A stretch of DNA of 32,000 bases, taken from positions 1,443,130 to 1,475,129 of the forward strand of contig CBDFIE010000003.1 in assembly GCA_965248005.1 (NCBI GenBank), in the 5' to 3' direction. The first letter of the stretch is position 1; the number at the start of each line of letters is the position of its first letter. Positions 17,758-27,135 of this stretch are shown here, piece after piece. A program made the position numbers and the translations under genes. Source of the stretch: Dehalococcoidia bacterium (GTDB taxonomy: Bacteria; Chloroflexota; Dehalococcoidia; Lucifugimonadales; UBA1123). The notes beneath the pieces are model-generated. The model saw only the letters and a program-made list of their open reading frames with translations. It ran no database searches and was not told where the DNA came from.

Positions 17758-18810
17758 GTGCGCTTTGGAGCGTTCTGGCAGGTCCCGGGATTCGAAGGCT
17801 CATCAGTCCCGCGCCGGCACTGGGAGACCATCGAGGAGATCGTCCTCGCCGACGACCTCGGATTTGAGACCGCGTGGCTGGCGGAGTCGGTGTTTCTCCC
17901 GGCGCGCCCTTTGTCGAATCCTCTGATGGTCGCCGCGGTCGCCGGCCAGCACGCCAGGCGCATAAGGCTCGGCACCCTCGCCGCTCAGTTCCCTCTCCAT
18001 CATCCTTTGCACATGGCGACCCAGGCGGCCACCTGTGACATCCTGACCGACGGCAGACTCGACCTCTGCCTTGGAGGCCGATGGGGGTCCCTCGCAGGAC
18101 AGGCCTTTGGCCATGGCCCGGCGATCAGCGGCGACGAGAGCAGGAGCCGGGTCAAGGAGGGAATAGAGCTCCTGAAGTTGGCCTGGACTCGCGAACGCGT
18201 CAGCTTCGAAGGCAAGTACTGGAGCGCGAACGACCTTCCGGTGCTCCCCGCACCGCGCCAACAGCCGCATCCCCCGCTACTGCTGGCCGCCAACAGCGAC
18301 GAGACCTTTGCGTACGCGGCCGGCCAGGGGTTGGGGGTAATCGGCACCACCCTGAGCCAGCCGATCACCAGGCTCGTCGACAGGTTACGGGAGTTCGAAG
18401 CGGCCACCCCGGACAACGCCCCTGCGCATCCGCAGCCGTTTCACCTGAGCATATCGTTCTTCGTCGCCGAAACCCAGGAGAAGGCCCATCGGATCACGGG
18501 CCTTAACTGGCGGCAGGACGACGTTGTGAACACCGTCCCCGACAGCGCAGCTTCCTCGGTTGGGACGACGCGGCATAGTTTCACCAGCGGCGTTGGCGGT
18601 TGGGCGACCTGGGATTTTGAAGAGGCTCTCCGGAACTGTATCTACGACGACCCCGCCGGCTGCGTCGAGCGACTGCAGTCTCTCCAGCAGCAACTCCCCG
18701 GCATTGGCCAGTGCATACTGGAGTTCAACCGGAGGGGGCGTATTCCCAGCGAGCAGGTCAAGGATTCCATGCGTCTGTTCGCTGAGAAGGTAATGCCCAG
18801 GCTGGCCTGA
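17758..18810 (+). CDS. LLM-class (luciferase-like) flavin/F420-dependent oxidoreductase
   Basis: MRFGAFWQVPG..ADDLGFETAWLAESVF..RIRLGTLAAQFPLHHPLHMATQAATCDILTDGRLDLCLGGRWG is the canonical LLM N-terminal pattern. The start is GTG, with CAGGAGCAGG upstream. Confidence 0.85.
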   Translation: MRFGAFWQVPGFEGSSVPRRHWETIEEIVLADDLGFETAWLAESVFLPARPLSNPLMVAAVAGQHARRIRLGTLAAQFPLHHPLHMATQAATCDILTDGRLDLCLGGRWGSLAGQAFGHGPAISGDESRSRVKEGIELLKLAWTRERVSFEGKYWSANDLPVLPAPRQQPHPPLLLAANSDETFAYAAGQGLGVIGTTLSQPITRLVDRLREFEAATPDNAPAHPQPFHLSISFFVAETQEKAHRITGLNWRQDDVVNTVPDSAASSVGTTRHSFTSGVGGWATWDFEEALRNCIYDDPAGCVERLQSLQQQLPGIGQCILEFNRRGRIPSEQVKDSMRLFAEKVMPRLA

Positions 18811-19010
18811 ATTCAACGACGAGATCTAGCTGGGTGCGGGTCTGGGTCGCCGCAGCACCGGGCGGCGCCCGCGCGACGCCCACGACCGCAACGGCAACGG
18901 CCCGTCCCGCCGCCAAGACGCCGGGCGGGCGTGTTGCGGACCATCGATGCGATTCCAGATCGGGGCTTTCCTAGATCGCGTGGCGTAAGCGTACTTTGGC
19001 TACCGCGGGC

Positions 19011-19793
19011 CTACTTCAATACTGTGACGTACCCGTAGTAGATGTCGCCGCCTTCGGTGCTAGCCGCAAATTTGGCCTTGTCGATGATCTGGCTCAAGGA
19101 AGCGATGCCAGGAATTCGCTTGCTCTCAGGATTTCAGTCTCCCCATATTTCGAGATGAGGGGCACGGACTTGGTCACCAGATAACTTCTCATCTGATATG
19201 AGGTCCATGAAAGTTGGGGCGTCAGGAAAGTCCTTAACGCGTCCATATTCTCGCTGAAATGAGAAAGTCTGGCTTCTTGGCGCCTCGCCTCGGCCAGTAT
19301 CGCCTGATCGCCCAGGAGCTCTTGTCTGACCAGGTTCTCTCTCGTCAACGACGAAGGGTTTATGTCGCGATATTTGGCATCTGCCAACACAATAATTCTC
19401 TCGGTCTCTGAGATCATCAGGACATCGTACTCGAAACGGGCGGTAACTGGCTGATCAGGTCCGGAGAAACCCTTGCTCAGGAGCTGACCGCGCAGCAATA
19501 TCTCGAATTCCTGTCCAGCCCTCTCTCTCATCCTTTGCAGCAGCGGCTCGTTCAGACGTGTTATATTTTCGTCGACGAGACCAGGCTCCCCCTGAAGATA
19601 GATCATGAACAAGAGCAAGGATGCGCGATCAAGCAGCCATCCCTCAGGTTACCGACACATAATCTGCGGGCCATTCGGCGCAGGCGGTTTCGAGGCAGGC
19701 CTCACGTTGGCTTTTCATCTGGACGTACAGAGGCTGACGGCACTTGGTGCACAGATACGGTGAGTCGTAGTTGCCTGATTGTAAGTCAGCCAT
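19011..19793 (-). pseudogene. Zn-ribbon + PD-(D/E)xK nuclease-fold gene broken into three frames
   Basis: - Piece 1 (19793..19644): MADLQSGNYDSPYLCTKCRQPLYVQMKSQREACLETACAEWPADYVSVT, then a stop.
- Piece 2 (next frame, to 19094): ..GQEFEILLRGQLLSKGF..FEYDVLMISETERIIVLADAKYRD, a restriction-endonuclease-like G..FE / D / (D/E)xK layout.
- Piece 3 (third frame, to TAG 19011): LSQIIDKAKFAASTEGGDIYYGYVTVLK.
The region is visibly richer in A+T than its flanks. Confidence 0.55.
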
Positions 19794-19870
19794 GGTTGCT
19801 CAACACGATGATCCCGACACTGATGCCCCAGTCGAGAGAATAAGACGGCCAGGAAAATTTGTGATCATTC

Positions 19871-19907
19871 GTAAAAACGAGCGGCCCCGGAGAATGCTTC
19901 CGGGGCC
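19871..19907 (-). terminator. Rho-independent terminator downstream of tRNA-Trp
   Basis: On the minus strand the hairpin is GGCCCCGGA-agcattc-TCCGGGGCC (9-bp perfect stem, 19907..19883), followed by GCTCGTTTTTAC. It begins 19 nt after the tRNA 3' end. Confidence 0.65.
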
Positions 19908-19925
19908 TATTTCATGCCTAGAATG

Positions 19926-20003
19926 TGGCAGGAGCGGCAGGATTCGAACCCGCGACCCTCGGTTTTGGAGACCGATGCTCTGACCAGACTGAGCTACGCT
20001 CCT
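19926..20003 (-). tRNA. tRNA-Trp (anticodon CCA), CCA end encoded
   Basis: Full cloverleaf by hand: acceptor AGGAGCG/CGCTCCT, D arm GCTC-AGTCTGGTCA-GAGC, and anticodon arm TCGGT-CTCCAAA-ACCGA. The variable loop is GGGTC and the T arm is GCGGG-TTCGAAT-CCTGC. The discriminator is G, followed by CCA. Confidence 0.95.
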
Positions 20004-20065
20004 GCGCTATCGGCACCCGTCCAGGCCCGCAGGGTCACGCGCCTGATCGGGCGGCAGAACTTACT

Positions 20066-20438
20066 GGCCAAGGCAACCTGTAAGCCGAGTTCTGTTTCCG
20101 CCTGAGGCGGACGGCGGTCATCTATCTAGGCCCGCCGTTGCCGACGGGCTCAAGCGGCCAACCCGGGGATGGTCCGGGTCCCGTGGTCCCCCTATTAGGC
20201 CTTGCTCCGGATGGGGTTTGCCTGGCCCCTGATGTTACCACCAGGGCGGTGAGCTCTTACCTCGCCGTTTCACCCTTATCCGCCTGAGGCGGACGGTATG
20301 TTTCTGTGGCACTTTCCGTCGGGTCACCCCGCCCCGCCGTTAGCGGGCATCCTTCCCGGTGGAGCTCGGACTTTCCTCTCTCCCGACCAGGCCCCAGGCG
20401 TCTCATTTTTCGACCATCCCCCTGCCCCCTTCCTGGCC
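20066..20438 (-). ncRNA. rnpB: RNase P RNA, bacterial type A
   Basis: The minus strand carries GAGAGGAAAGTCCGAGCTCCACC (P4/J3-4; + strand 20367..20378 is CGGACTTTCCTC), GGATAAGGGTGAAACGGCGAGGTAAGAGCTCACCG, GGAGCAAGGCC and AACAGAACTCGGCTTACAGGTTGCC. With the 5' end at 20438, the distance to the GCTCC after P4 is 78 nt, as in E. coli M1 RNA. The 5' boundary is uncertain, because an alternative P1 partner lies at 20524..20532. Confidence 0.9.
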
Positions 20439-20507
20439 AGGAAGGGGGTGGGGCTTGAATCTGAGGGACACCCTCAGACTCCCGGCAAAGGGGCTTCGCC
20501 CCTCTGC
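20425..20507. repeat. Block of three consecutive near-perfect hairpins (REP-like) at the 5' edge of rnpB
   Basis: - 20425..20448: CCCCCTTCCTGGCCAGGAAGGGGG, a 24-nt perfect palindrome.
- 20457..20481: GAATCTGAGGG-aca-CCCTCAGACTC.
- 20485..20507: GCAAAGGGGC-ttc-GCCCCTCTGC. Confidence 0.7.
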
Positions 20508-20636
20508 ACACCCCGCTTTTCGACAGCCTGCCAAACAGAATTGACGTCAGCACGACCGTTCGATGAGGCGCCTGGGGCCGGGCCGGGACAGCGGCCGCCT
20601 GGCTGCCTTGGACCAAGTCTAATTGTACCAAACCGC

Positions 20637-21479
20637 TCAGCGCAGGGTCGCCCGGCTTACCATGGCCTGGAACAGACGCTCGGGCAGGAACCTGGCGCCC
20701 AGCATTCCCAGCCGTGCCTCGACCCCCACCGGATGCCGAAAGGCTGGCCGCCGAGACCTCAGTACCCTGTGTATCACCCTGGACACGCTGACCGGGTCGG
20801 AGGCCAGCCGGTTGTAGCGTCCGTGCCTGGAATGGTACCGCTCGATGTATGGCGCGTACGGCAGGTCCGGGTCGTCGACCCCAGACGCCCTGACCTGGTT
20901 GCGCTGAAAGTCGGTCTCGAATATGCCGGGCTCGACGACGCAAACGTGCACGCCAAAGGGCCACAGCTCGGCCCTCATCGACTCGCTCAAGCCCTCCAAG
21001 GCGAATTTGCTGGCAGCATAGGCGCCGTTGAACGGGGTGCCCATCCTGCCCAGTATGGAGCTGACGTTGACGATCTTGCCGCTGCGCTGAGCCAGCATGC
21101 CGGGCAGCACGGCCCTGGCCATGCGGACCGTCGCGAACAGGTTCGTCTCGAACTGGGCCTTCAGCTCGTCGATGTCGAGGCTCTGCACCGGCCCCCACAG
21201 GCCGTAGCCCGCGTTGTTCACGAGAGCGTCGATGGTCCCGTGGTCCGAGAGCACCTGCCGCATCACGTCGTCCACCCGCTCGTCGACGTTGATGTCCAGC
21301 TCCACGCCGTCGACGGGAAGACCGCTGTCGCCAGCCTCGGTTAGCAGCCCCTCCAGGCGCCTCATGTCGCGGCTGGTGGCGATCACCGAGTACCCCTTGC
21401 CCGCCAGGTACATGCAGGTGGCGCGGCCGATGCCGGCAGAGGCCCCGGTAACGAGCACAGTCTTGGTCTGGTGGGCCAT
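20637..21479 (-). CDS. Short-chain dehydrogenase/reductase (classical SDR)
   Basis: TGASAGIGRA cofactor motif, NNAG, and the catalytic YAASKFAL (YxxxK). 280 aa. Confidence 0.9.
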   Translation of the reverse strand: MAHQTKTVLVTGASAGIGRATCMYLAGKGYSVIATSRDMRRLEGLLTEAGDSGLPVDGVELDINVDERVDDVMRQVLSDHGTIDALVNNAGYGLWGPVQSLDIDELKAQFETNLFATVRMARAVLPGMLAQRSGKIVNVSSILGRMGTPFNGAYAASKFALEGLSESMRAELWPFGVHVCVVEPGIFETDFQRNQVRASGVDDPDLPYAPYIERYHSRHGRYNRLASDPVSVSRVIHRVLRSRRPAFRHPVGVEARLGMLGARFLPERLFQAMVSRATLR

Positions 21480-21638
21480 CTGAGTCCCCTCTGACGAGAT
21501 TGGATGCGCGCCGATACATTATAAGGGGCGGTGTGGGAGGTGAGGTGGCGCACAGGCGCGCTGCCTACGTGGTGTCGCTGGGACTCGCCGCCTACTCGTC
21601 GGGCTCAGTCCGAACGGAGGGATGTCGTTTTTCCGTTC

Positions 21639-21691
21639 GTGGTGAGCCCTTCGACACGTCGGGGCTCAGGGCAGACTCTGTCGAACCACCA
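21639..21691. repeat. REP-like intergenic element with interleaved inverted repeats
   Basis: GTGGTGAGCCCTTCGACACGTCGGGGCTCAGGGCAGACTCTGTCGAACCACCAC contains three complementary pairs: TGAGCCC/GGGCTCA, TTCGACA/TGTCGAA and GTGGTG/CACCAC. A partial relative, CCCTTCGCTTCGCTCAGGGTGAC, lies at 25835..25857. Confidence 0.5.
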
Positions 21692-21789
21692 CGCCCTGGT
21701 TTGGATTTACTCAACGGACTTGGAAATCAGAACACTCGGGCCATCTAGCATATGGCGCCCGACGCCGGGGTCTATGCCCTGCGCAATAC

Positions 21790-23607
21790 TCAGTCGGCGA
21801 CGAACACGGCCTGGTCGGCGTTGGGTGAGGTGCCTCTCAGGGCGCGGCTCAGGTTCTGGGCGGTCTGTATCAGACCCACGTGGCTGTACGCCTGTGGGAA
21901 ATTGCCAAGGAACTCCCCGGTCCCGGGGTTGATCATCTCGGCGAACAGCCCTAGGTGGTTGGCACGCCCAAGCATCAGCTCGAAGTACTCCACCGCCCGC
22001 TCGATCTGGCCCGTGCAGATCAGGTTCCCAATGAGCCAGAAGCTAAGCAGCGTGAATGCGCCTTCGTCCTGGCCTTCCAGTCCGTCGTCGGTCTCCTCAG
22101 GGAGGTATCGCCATACGAAAGGGCCGTCGGTCAACTCGCGTCTGACGGCCTCCAGGGTCAGCCGGACCCTGGGGTCTCCGGGCGGCAGGAAGTAGAGGAA
22201 CGGGATCACCATGACGCTGGCGTCCAGGGCATCGCTGCCGTAGCGTTGGACGAAGGACTGTTTGCGGTCGCTCCAACCGTTCTCCAGCACATCGGCGTGG
22301 ATCGCGTCGGCGGTGGCCCGCCAGACCCCCGACAGGTGCCTTTCGCCCCGTGCGCCGGCTATGCGGGAGGCGCGGTCCATGGCCGCCCAGCACATCACCT
22401 TGGAGGAGACGAAGTGCTGCTGCGCTCCCCGCACTTCCCACATGCCCCGGTCCTTGCGGCGCCAGTTTCCTTCGACAACCTCGGCGAAGCCGGCCACCAA
22501 CGACCAGGCCTCGTCCGATATCCACCCCTGTTGCCGGTGTAGAGAATGTACGGTGAGGATGACCTCGCCGAACACGTCGAGTTGCAAATGTCCCGCAGCC
22601 CGGTTGCCCACGCGTACGGGGCGCGAGCCCGCGTAGCCATCCAGGTGGTCCAGCGTAATTTCCTTGAGAGAGGAGTTAGCGGTTATCCCGTAGACGATCC
22701 GTGCGTTTCCGTTGTTGGCTTTGCACCGCTCCACCAGCCATTCGACGTATCGGGTACCCGCGTCGGAATCGCCCATGCGGTGAAACGCGTCGACGGTGAA
22801 GCTTGAGTCCCGCAGCCAGGCATATCGGTAGTCCCAGTTGCGCGTGCCTCCGATCTGTTCGGGCAGCGAGGTGGTGGGCGCAGCGACGATCGCTCCCGTG
22901 CGCCGATACCTCATCAGCTGCAACACCAGGAACGATCGGAGGACCTGCTCCCGCCACAGACCCCTGTACTTCACCTGGCCGGCCACCGACTTCCAGTGGG
23001 CCGTTGTGAGGTCGAGCTGCTGGCGAGTCCGGTAGCGGGCGACCCGGCGGGGTCTGCCATACCCGTAGGCCATCACGAACACCGCTTCTTGACCCGCGGC
23101 CAGGGAAAAGCGGGCCTCCGCTCCGCCGTCGTTCACATCCAGGCCAATGCCGGCGGTGAGCGTGACAGAGTGTCCGCCGCCCCGCGCCAGCACTCCGTTC
23201 TTGAACGGCTCCAGAGCGATCTCGGCCCGGGCATAGTCCAGTCGAGGCTGGAATGCGCATCGGACCTCGACCGAACCGGACTCGCACCGGACGATCCGGT
23301 GGATTTCGTGGGGCGCTTCGACGGATGAGGCGCCGACTTTGCTCACCGGCATGAAGTCGGTGACCGATATCTCGCCGGTGGGAGTCCGGAACCGGGTGCA
23401 GAGGACGTTGGTGTCTGGCAGGTACGATTGGCCGGAGGTGGCCCCGGCATCCACAGGCGCTATCCGGAAGCTGCCGCCGTTTCGACCCAGGATCGCCGCG
23501 AACACGCTGGCCGAGTCGAACCTGGGAAAGCAGCACCAGTCGATAGAGCCGTCAGTGCCCACCAGGGCGGCAGAAGACATATCCCCTATCAGACCGTATT
23601 GGTGCAT
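21790..23607 (-). CDS. Glycoside hydrolase family 15 protein (glucoamylase/trehalase-like)
   Basis: 605 aa. The N-terminal YGLIGDMSSAALVGTDGSIDWCCFPRFDS, together with RNWDYRYAWLRDSSF and the (alpha/alpha)6 C-terminal region, is typical of bacterial GH15. Confidence 0.9.
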   Translation of the reverse strand: MHQYGLIGDMSSAALVGTDGSIDWCCFPRFDSASVFAAILGRNGGSFRIAPVDAGATSGQSYLPDTNVLCTRFRTPTGEISVTDFMPVSKVGASSVEAPHEIHRIVRCESGSVEVRCAFQPRLDYARAEIALEPFKNGVLARGGGHSVTLTAGIGLDVNDGGAEARFSLAAGQEAVFVMAYGYGRPRRVARYRTRQQLDLTTAHWKSVAGQVKYRGLWREQVLRSFLVLQLMRYRRTGAIVAAPTTSLPEQIGGTRNWDYRYAWLRDSSFTVDAFHRMGDSDAGTRYVEWLVERCKANNGNARIVYGITANSSLKEITLDHLDGYAGSRPVRVGNRAAGHLQLDVFGEVILTVHSLHRQQGWISDEAWSLVAGFAEVVEGNWRRKDRGMWEVRGAQQHFVSSKVMCWAAMDRASRIAGARGERHLSGVWRATADAIHADVLENGWSDRKQSFVQRYGSDALDASVMVIPFLYFLPPGDPRVRLTLEAVRRELTDGPFVWRYLPEETDDGLEGQDEGAFTLLSFWLIGNLICTGQIERAVEYFELMLGRANHLGLFAEMINPGTGEFLGNFPQAYSHVGLIQTAQNLSRALRGTSPNADQAVFVAD

Positions 23608-23908
23608 TACTGAGTATGCCTGGCGGTAATTGTCTGTCCTTAGCGGATTCGCGAGCAGGGGCCGTGGTATGCTCCCGCGCCTCTACCATCTCGCGGATGG
23701 GTTCGGGTCCGGCAATCGCGCCCTGGCGACGGTTACATCATCAAGAAGCGGAGCGCCGCGTATACATCCTACCGACGGCGGCCCAGAGTCTTAAAGGACA
23801 ATCTCACCCAAATATCGTGCGCGAAATCACACCCGCGCCAGCATCCACATTGATCGCGATTGGTTAGCCCGCGCAAGCGTGTTGTGGGGCGGTTGGGGAT
23901 ATGGCCGG

Positions 23909-23917
23909 TGCTATAAT
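23909..23917 (+). promoter_or_regulatory. Candidate extended -10 promoter (TGCTATAAT) for the TIGR00725-eno unit
   Basis: TGCTATAAT at 23909..23917 is about 100 nt upstream of ATG 24015. The track's 23901 ORF start would place this box inside coding sequence. Confidence 0.4.
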
Positions 23918-24014
23918 CGACTCAGTGCGCCGGTGTGCCGCGCCACGCGGCGGTGGCGGTACGCACAGCCGGACCGGCGCTCAGCCGGCAATCGAGGAGC
24001 GTAGCCGAAGAGTG

Positions 24015-24491
24015 ATGATCTCCGTTATAGGCGCGGGCAGCCCCACGGCCGACGTCGCAGCTTTGGCCGAACAGGTGGGACTGGAACTCGCCAGGAACGG
24101 CGCGACCGTCGTGTGCGGCGGGCTCGGCGGAGTCATGGAGGCCGTCTGTCGCGGCGCCAAGCAGGGGGGAGGCACTACGATCGGCATCTTGCCCTGGAAC
24201 GACCCCGCGGACGCAAACCCCTGGGTGGACATCCCGATCTGCACCGGGCTGGGCTACGCTCGGAACGTCATCGTGGTCAAGACGGGGAGGGCCGTCATCT
24301 CCGTAGGCGGCGCCTTCGGCACGCTGTCGGAGATCGGCCACGCTCTCGGCGACGACATCCCGGTTATCGGGCTCAGCACCTGGCAGCTCAGCCGCAACGG
24401 CGATATCGACCCCTCGATTCAGGTAGCTTCCGACCCCGCCGACGCCGTCCGCCAGGCACTGGAGGCCGCCCAAAGCCGAGACACCGCATGA
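24015..24491 (+). CDS. TIGR00725 / LOG-family Rossmann-fold protein
   Basis: [58 protein letters not shown]. Start ATG 24015 follows GAGGAG. Confidence 0.8.
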   Translation: MISVIGAGSPTADVAALAEQVGLELARNGATVVCGGLGGVMEAVCRGAKQGGGTTIGILPWNDPADANPWVDIPICTGLGYARNVIVVKTGRAVISVGGAFGTLSEIGHALGDDIPVIGLSTWQLSRNGDIDPSIQVASDPADAVRQALEAAQSRDTA

Positions 24492-24516
24492 CCCCTGTGG
24501 AAGGGCGACCTCCGGG

Positions 24517-25806
24517 TTGAGCACGATAACCGAAATTCGAGCGCGAGAAGTGCTCGACTCGCGGGGCAACCCGACGGTCGAGGTTGACGTTGGTCTCCGC
24601 GATGGGGCCTGGGGCCGCGCCCTGGTCCCGTCGGGCGCTTCCACCGGCTCGAAGGAAGCGCTGGAGCTACGCGACGGCGACCCGGAACGGTACCACGGTC
24701 GCGGCGTGCTTCGCGCCCTGGAGAACGTGCGCAACCAGATCGCACCCCAGGTCGTGGGCCTCCCGGCGTCGGACCAGCGGGCCATAGACCGGTTGCTGAT
24801 CGATCTGGACGGCACCCCCGACAAGAGCCGCCTGGGCGCGAACGCCATCCTCGGAGTGTCCCTGGCCGTGGTCCGTGCCGCCGCCGAGAGCGCGGGCCAG
24901 CCGCTCTACTCATACCTCGCCGACGGCGGGCCGGTGTCGCTGCCCGTACCGATGCTCAACGTGGTCAACGGCGGGAGGCACGCCGACAACTCCACCGATT
25001 TCCAGGAGTTCATGGTCGTGCCCGCGGGATTCGGTACGTTCAGGGAGGCGCTTCGGGCAGGGGTCGAGGTCTACCACGCGCTGCTGGAGGAGCTTCGCAC
25101 GCGAGGCATGGGCAACCTCCTTGGCGACGAGGGCGGCTTCGCACCTGATCTGAAGACTAACCGCCAGGCCTTGGACATGGTGTTGGAGGCCATCGAGAAG
25201 GCCGGCTACACGCCGGGCGTCGAGTGCTTCCTGGCGCTTGACCCGGCGGCCTCAGAGTTCTCGGATTCTCCCGGTACGTACAACCTCCGCAGGGAGGGGA
25301 CATCCTACTCGTCCGAAGAGCTGATCGCGCTGTACGAGGCGCTGAGGAGAGAATACCCAATCGTCTCTATCGAGGATGGCCTGGCGGAGAACGACTGGGA
25401 CTCCTGGCGGCTTATGACGGACCGTCTCGGTGCAAGGCTGCAGATCGTCGGCGACGATCTGTACACCACCCGTCTGGACCTGGTCCAGCGAGGCATCGAG
25501 AGCAACGCCAGCAACGCAGTGCTGGTCAAGCTGAACCAGGTTGGGACCGTAACCGAGACGCTAGACGCCGTCGCCGCCGCCAGGGAGGCGGGGTGGGGCA
25601 CTGTCATCAGCCACCGTTCGGGCGAGACAGAGGACTCTTCGATCGCGGACCTCGTCGTCGGGACGGCCGCGGGCCAGATCAAGGCCGGCGCACCGGCGCG
25701 GGGCGAGCGCGTCGCCAAGTACAACCGCTTGCTGCGCATCGAGGAGGAGCTGGGAGACCGCGCCCGGTTCGCGGGGCCCACCGTGTACGAGCGGTTCTTC
25801 AGATAG
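24517..25806 (+). CDS. eno: Enolase (phosphopyruvate hydratase)
   Basis: [25 protein letters not shown].., [34 protein letters not shown] and [15 protein letters not shown]. The start codon is TTG. Confidence 0.97.
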   Translation: MSTITEIRAREVLDSRGNPTVEVDVGLRDGAWGRALVPSGASTGSKEALELRDGDPERYHGRGVLRALENVRNQIAPQVVGLPASDQRAIDRLLIDLDGTPDKSRLGANAILGVSLAVVRAAAESAGQPLYSYLADGGPVSLPVPMLNVVNGGRHADNSTDFQEFMVVPAGFGTFREALRAGVEVYHALLEELRTRGMGNLLGDEGGFAPDLKTNRQALDMVLEAIEKAGYTPGVECFLALDPAASEFSDSPGTYNLRREGTSYSSEELIALYEALRREYPIVSIEDGLAENDWDSWRLMTDRLGARLQIVGDDLYTTRLDLVQRGIESNASNAVLVKLNQVGTVTETLDAVAAAREAGWGTVISHRSGETEDSSIADLVVGTAAGQIKAGAPARGERVAKYNRLLRIEEELGDRARFAGPTVYERFFR

Positions 25807-25986
25807 GCCACACGAAGCACCGCGCGTCGCCAGACCCTTCGCTTCGCTCAGGGTGACAGTGGACAGGTTGGTTATTGTTCGCAGCCCCGGCCAGGGTGTA
25901 CGAGGGGCCTCGTCTGAGGTAACATTCAGCGGTGTGAGACGCTTCCGCCGTCTCCGCAATCATCCGCCACTCCAGGAGGAATCTTC

Positions 25987-27000
25987 ATGGCCACGCGCAT
26001 TGGCATCAACGGCTTTGGACGCATCGGGCGTCAGGTCCTTAGGGCGATCCGGGAGCGCCACCCCGACAAGCTGCAGGTGGTGGCCGTCAACGACCTGGGC
26101 AAGCCCTCCGATAACGCCCACCTGTTCAAGTACGATTCCACTTACGGGCGTTACCCCGGAAAGGTCGAAGCCACCGACGACAGCATCAAGATCGACGGCG
26201 ATTCCATCCGGGTGCTTGCCGAGCGCGAACCGTCCAACCTGCCCTGGGGAGACCTGGGTGTCGAGGTGGTTGTAGAGTCAACCGGCTTCTTCACTGACGC
26301 GGGTAAGGCCTCCGGCCACCTGGAGGGCGGCGCCAAGAAGGTCATCATCTCCGCGCCCGCCAGCGGCGAGGACCTCACCGTAGTGCTGGGAGTCAACGAG
26401 GACAAGTACGACGCCGAACGGCACAACGTTCTGTCCAACGCCTCCTGCACCACCAACTGCGTCGCGACCATGGTCAAGGTCCTGAACGATAGCTTCGGTG
26501 TCGAGCGCGGCCTGATGACCACAGTCCACTCTTACACCAACGACCAGAAGGTGCTGGACATCGTCCACGAGGACTTGAGGCGGGGACGGGCAGCCGCCCA
26601 GAATATCATCCCCACCTCGACCGGGGCCGCCAAGGCGGTTGGAGTTGTGCTGCCGGAGCTGAACGGCAAGATTCACGGCATGGCGATGCGAGTACCGACC
26701 GCCACGGTATCGGTCACGGACTTCGTGGCGAACCTGGGCAAGGCGGCCTCCCCGGAGGAGATTAACCAGGCGTACAAGGACGCTTCGGCGTCCCACCTCA
26801 AAGGCATTCTGGACTACACGGACGAGCCCCTGGTCAGCAGCGACTTCAAGCTGGACCCGCACAGCGCCATTATCGACGGGCTCTCCACCCTGTCCATGGG
26901 CGGCGACCTGGTTAAGGTCGTCGGCTGGTACGACAACGAGTGGGGCTACTCGTGCCGCACCGCGGACCTGGCCGCGTTTCTGTCCGACAAGGGCCTCTAG
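25987..27000 (+). CDS. gap: Type I glyceraldehyde-3-phosphate dehydrogenase
   Basis: [12 protein letters not shown] motif, the active site SNASCTTNC, and the C-terminal [16 protein letters not shown] precedes the ATG. Confidence 0.97.
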   Translation: MATRIGINGFGRIGRQVLRAIRERHPDKLQVVAVNDLGKPSDNAHLFKYDSTYGRYPGKVEATDDSIKIDGDSIRVLAEREPSNLPWGDLGVEVVVESTGFFTDAGKASGHLEGGAKKVIISAPASGEDLTVVLGVNEDKYDAERHNVLSNASCTTNCVATMVKVLNDSFGVERGLMTTVHSYTNDQKVLDIVHEDLRRGRAAAQNIIPTSTGAAKAVGVVLPELNGKIHGMAMRVPTATVSVTDFVANLGKAASPEEINQAYKDASASHLKGILDYTDEPLVSSDFKLDPHSAIIDGLSTLSMGGDLVKVVGWYDNEWGYSCRTADLAAFLSDKGL

Positions 27001-27084
27001 TATCTGACGCCGGAAGATCGCGTCATTATTTCTGCCTCGAATTGGGGACGCACCCGTGATCCGGCGCGCAACGAACCGCCCCCC

Positions 27085-27135
27085 TGTGTCCCCCTTCCTT
27101 CCCTGAAAGAGGGAATAAGTATTCCGGGGGACACC
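27085..27135. repeat. REP-like hairpin element related to the rnpB-adjacent block
   Basis: In TGTGTCCCCCTTCCTTCCCTGAAAGAGGGAATAAGTATTCCGGGGGACAC the outer stem is GTGTCCCCC/GGGGGACAC and the inner stem is TTCCCT/AGGGAA. It shares CCCCCTTCCT and GGGACACCC.CAG.AC.CCCG with 20425..20485. Confidence 0.5.

Noticed and set aside
20257-21519. 420-aa minus ORF and 348-aa plus ORF (20298..21344) spanning the rnpB/SDR region
   Set aside because: They run straight through the RNase P RNA gene and out of frame or antisense to the SDR gene (TGASAGIGRA, YxxxK). Their composition is low-complexity Arg/Gly/Pro.
22676-23536. 286-aa minus ORF and many 60-195-aa ORFs within 21790..23607
   Set aside because: These are alternative frames of the GH15 gene and contain no motifs.
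23616-23867. 83-aa + ORF in the GH15 / TIGR00725 intergenic region
   Set aside because: It has no motifs, atypical composition and no SD. The region more plausibly holds the promoter and leader of the TIGR00725-eno unit.
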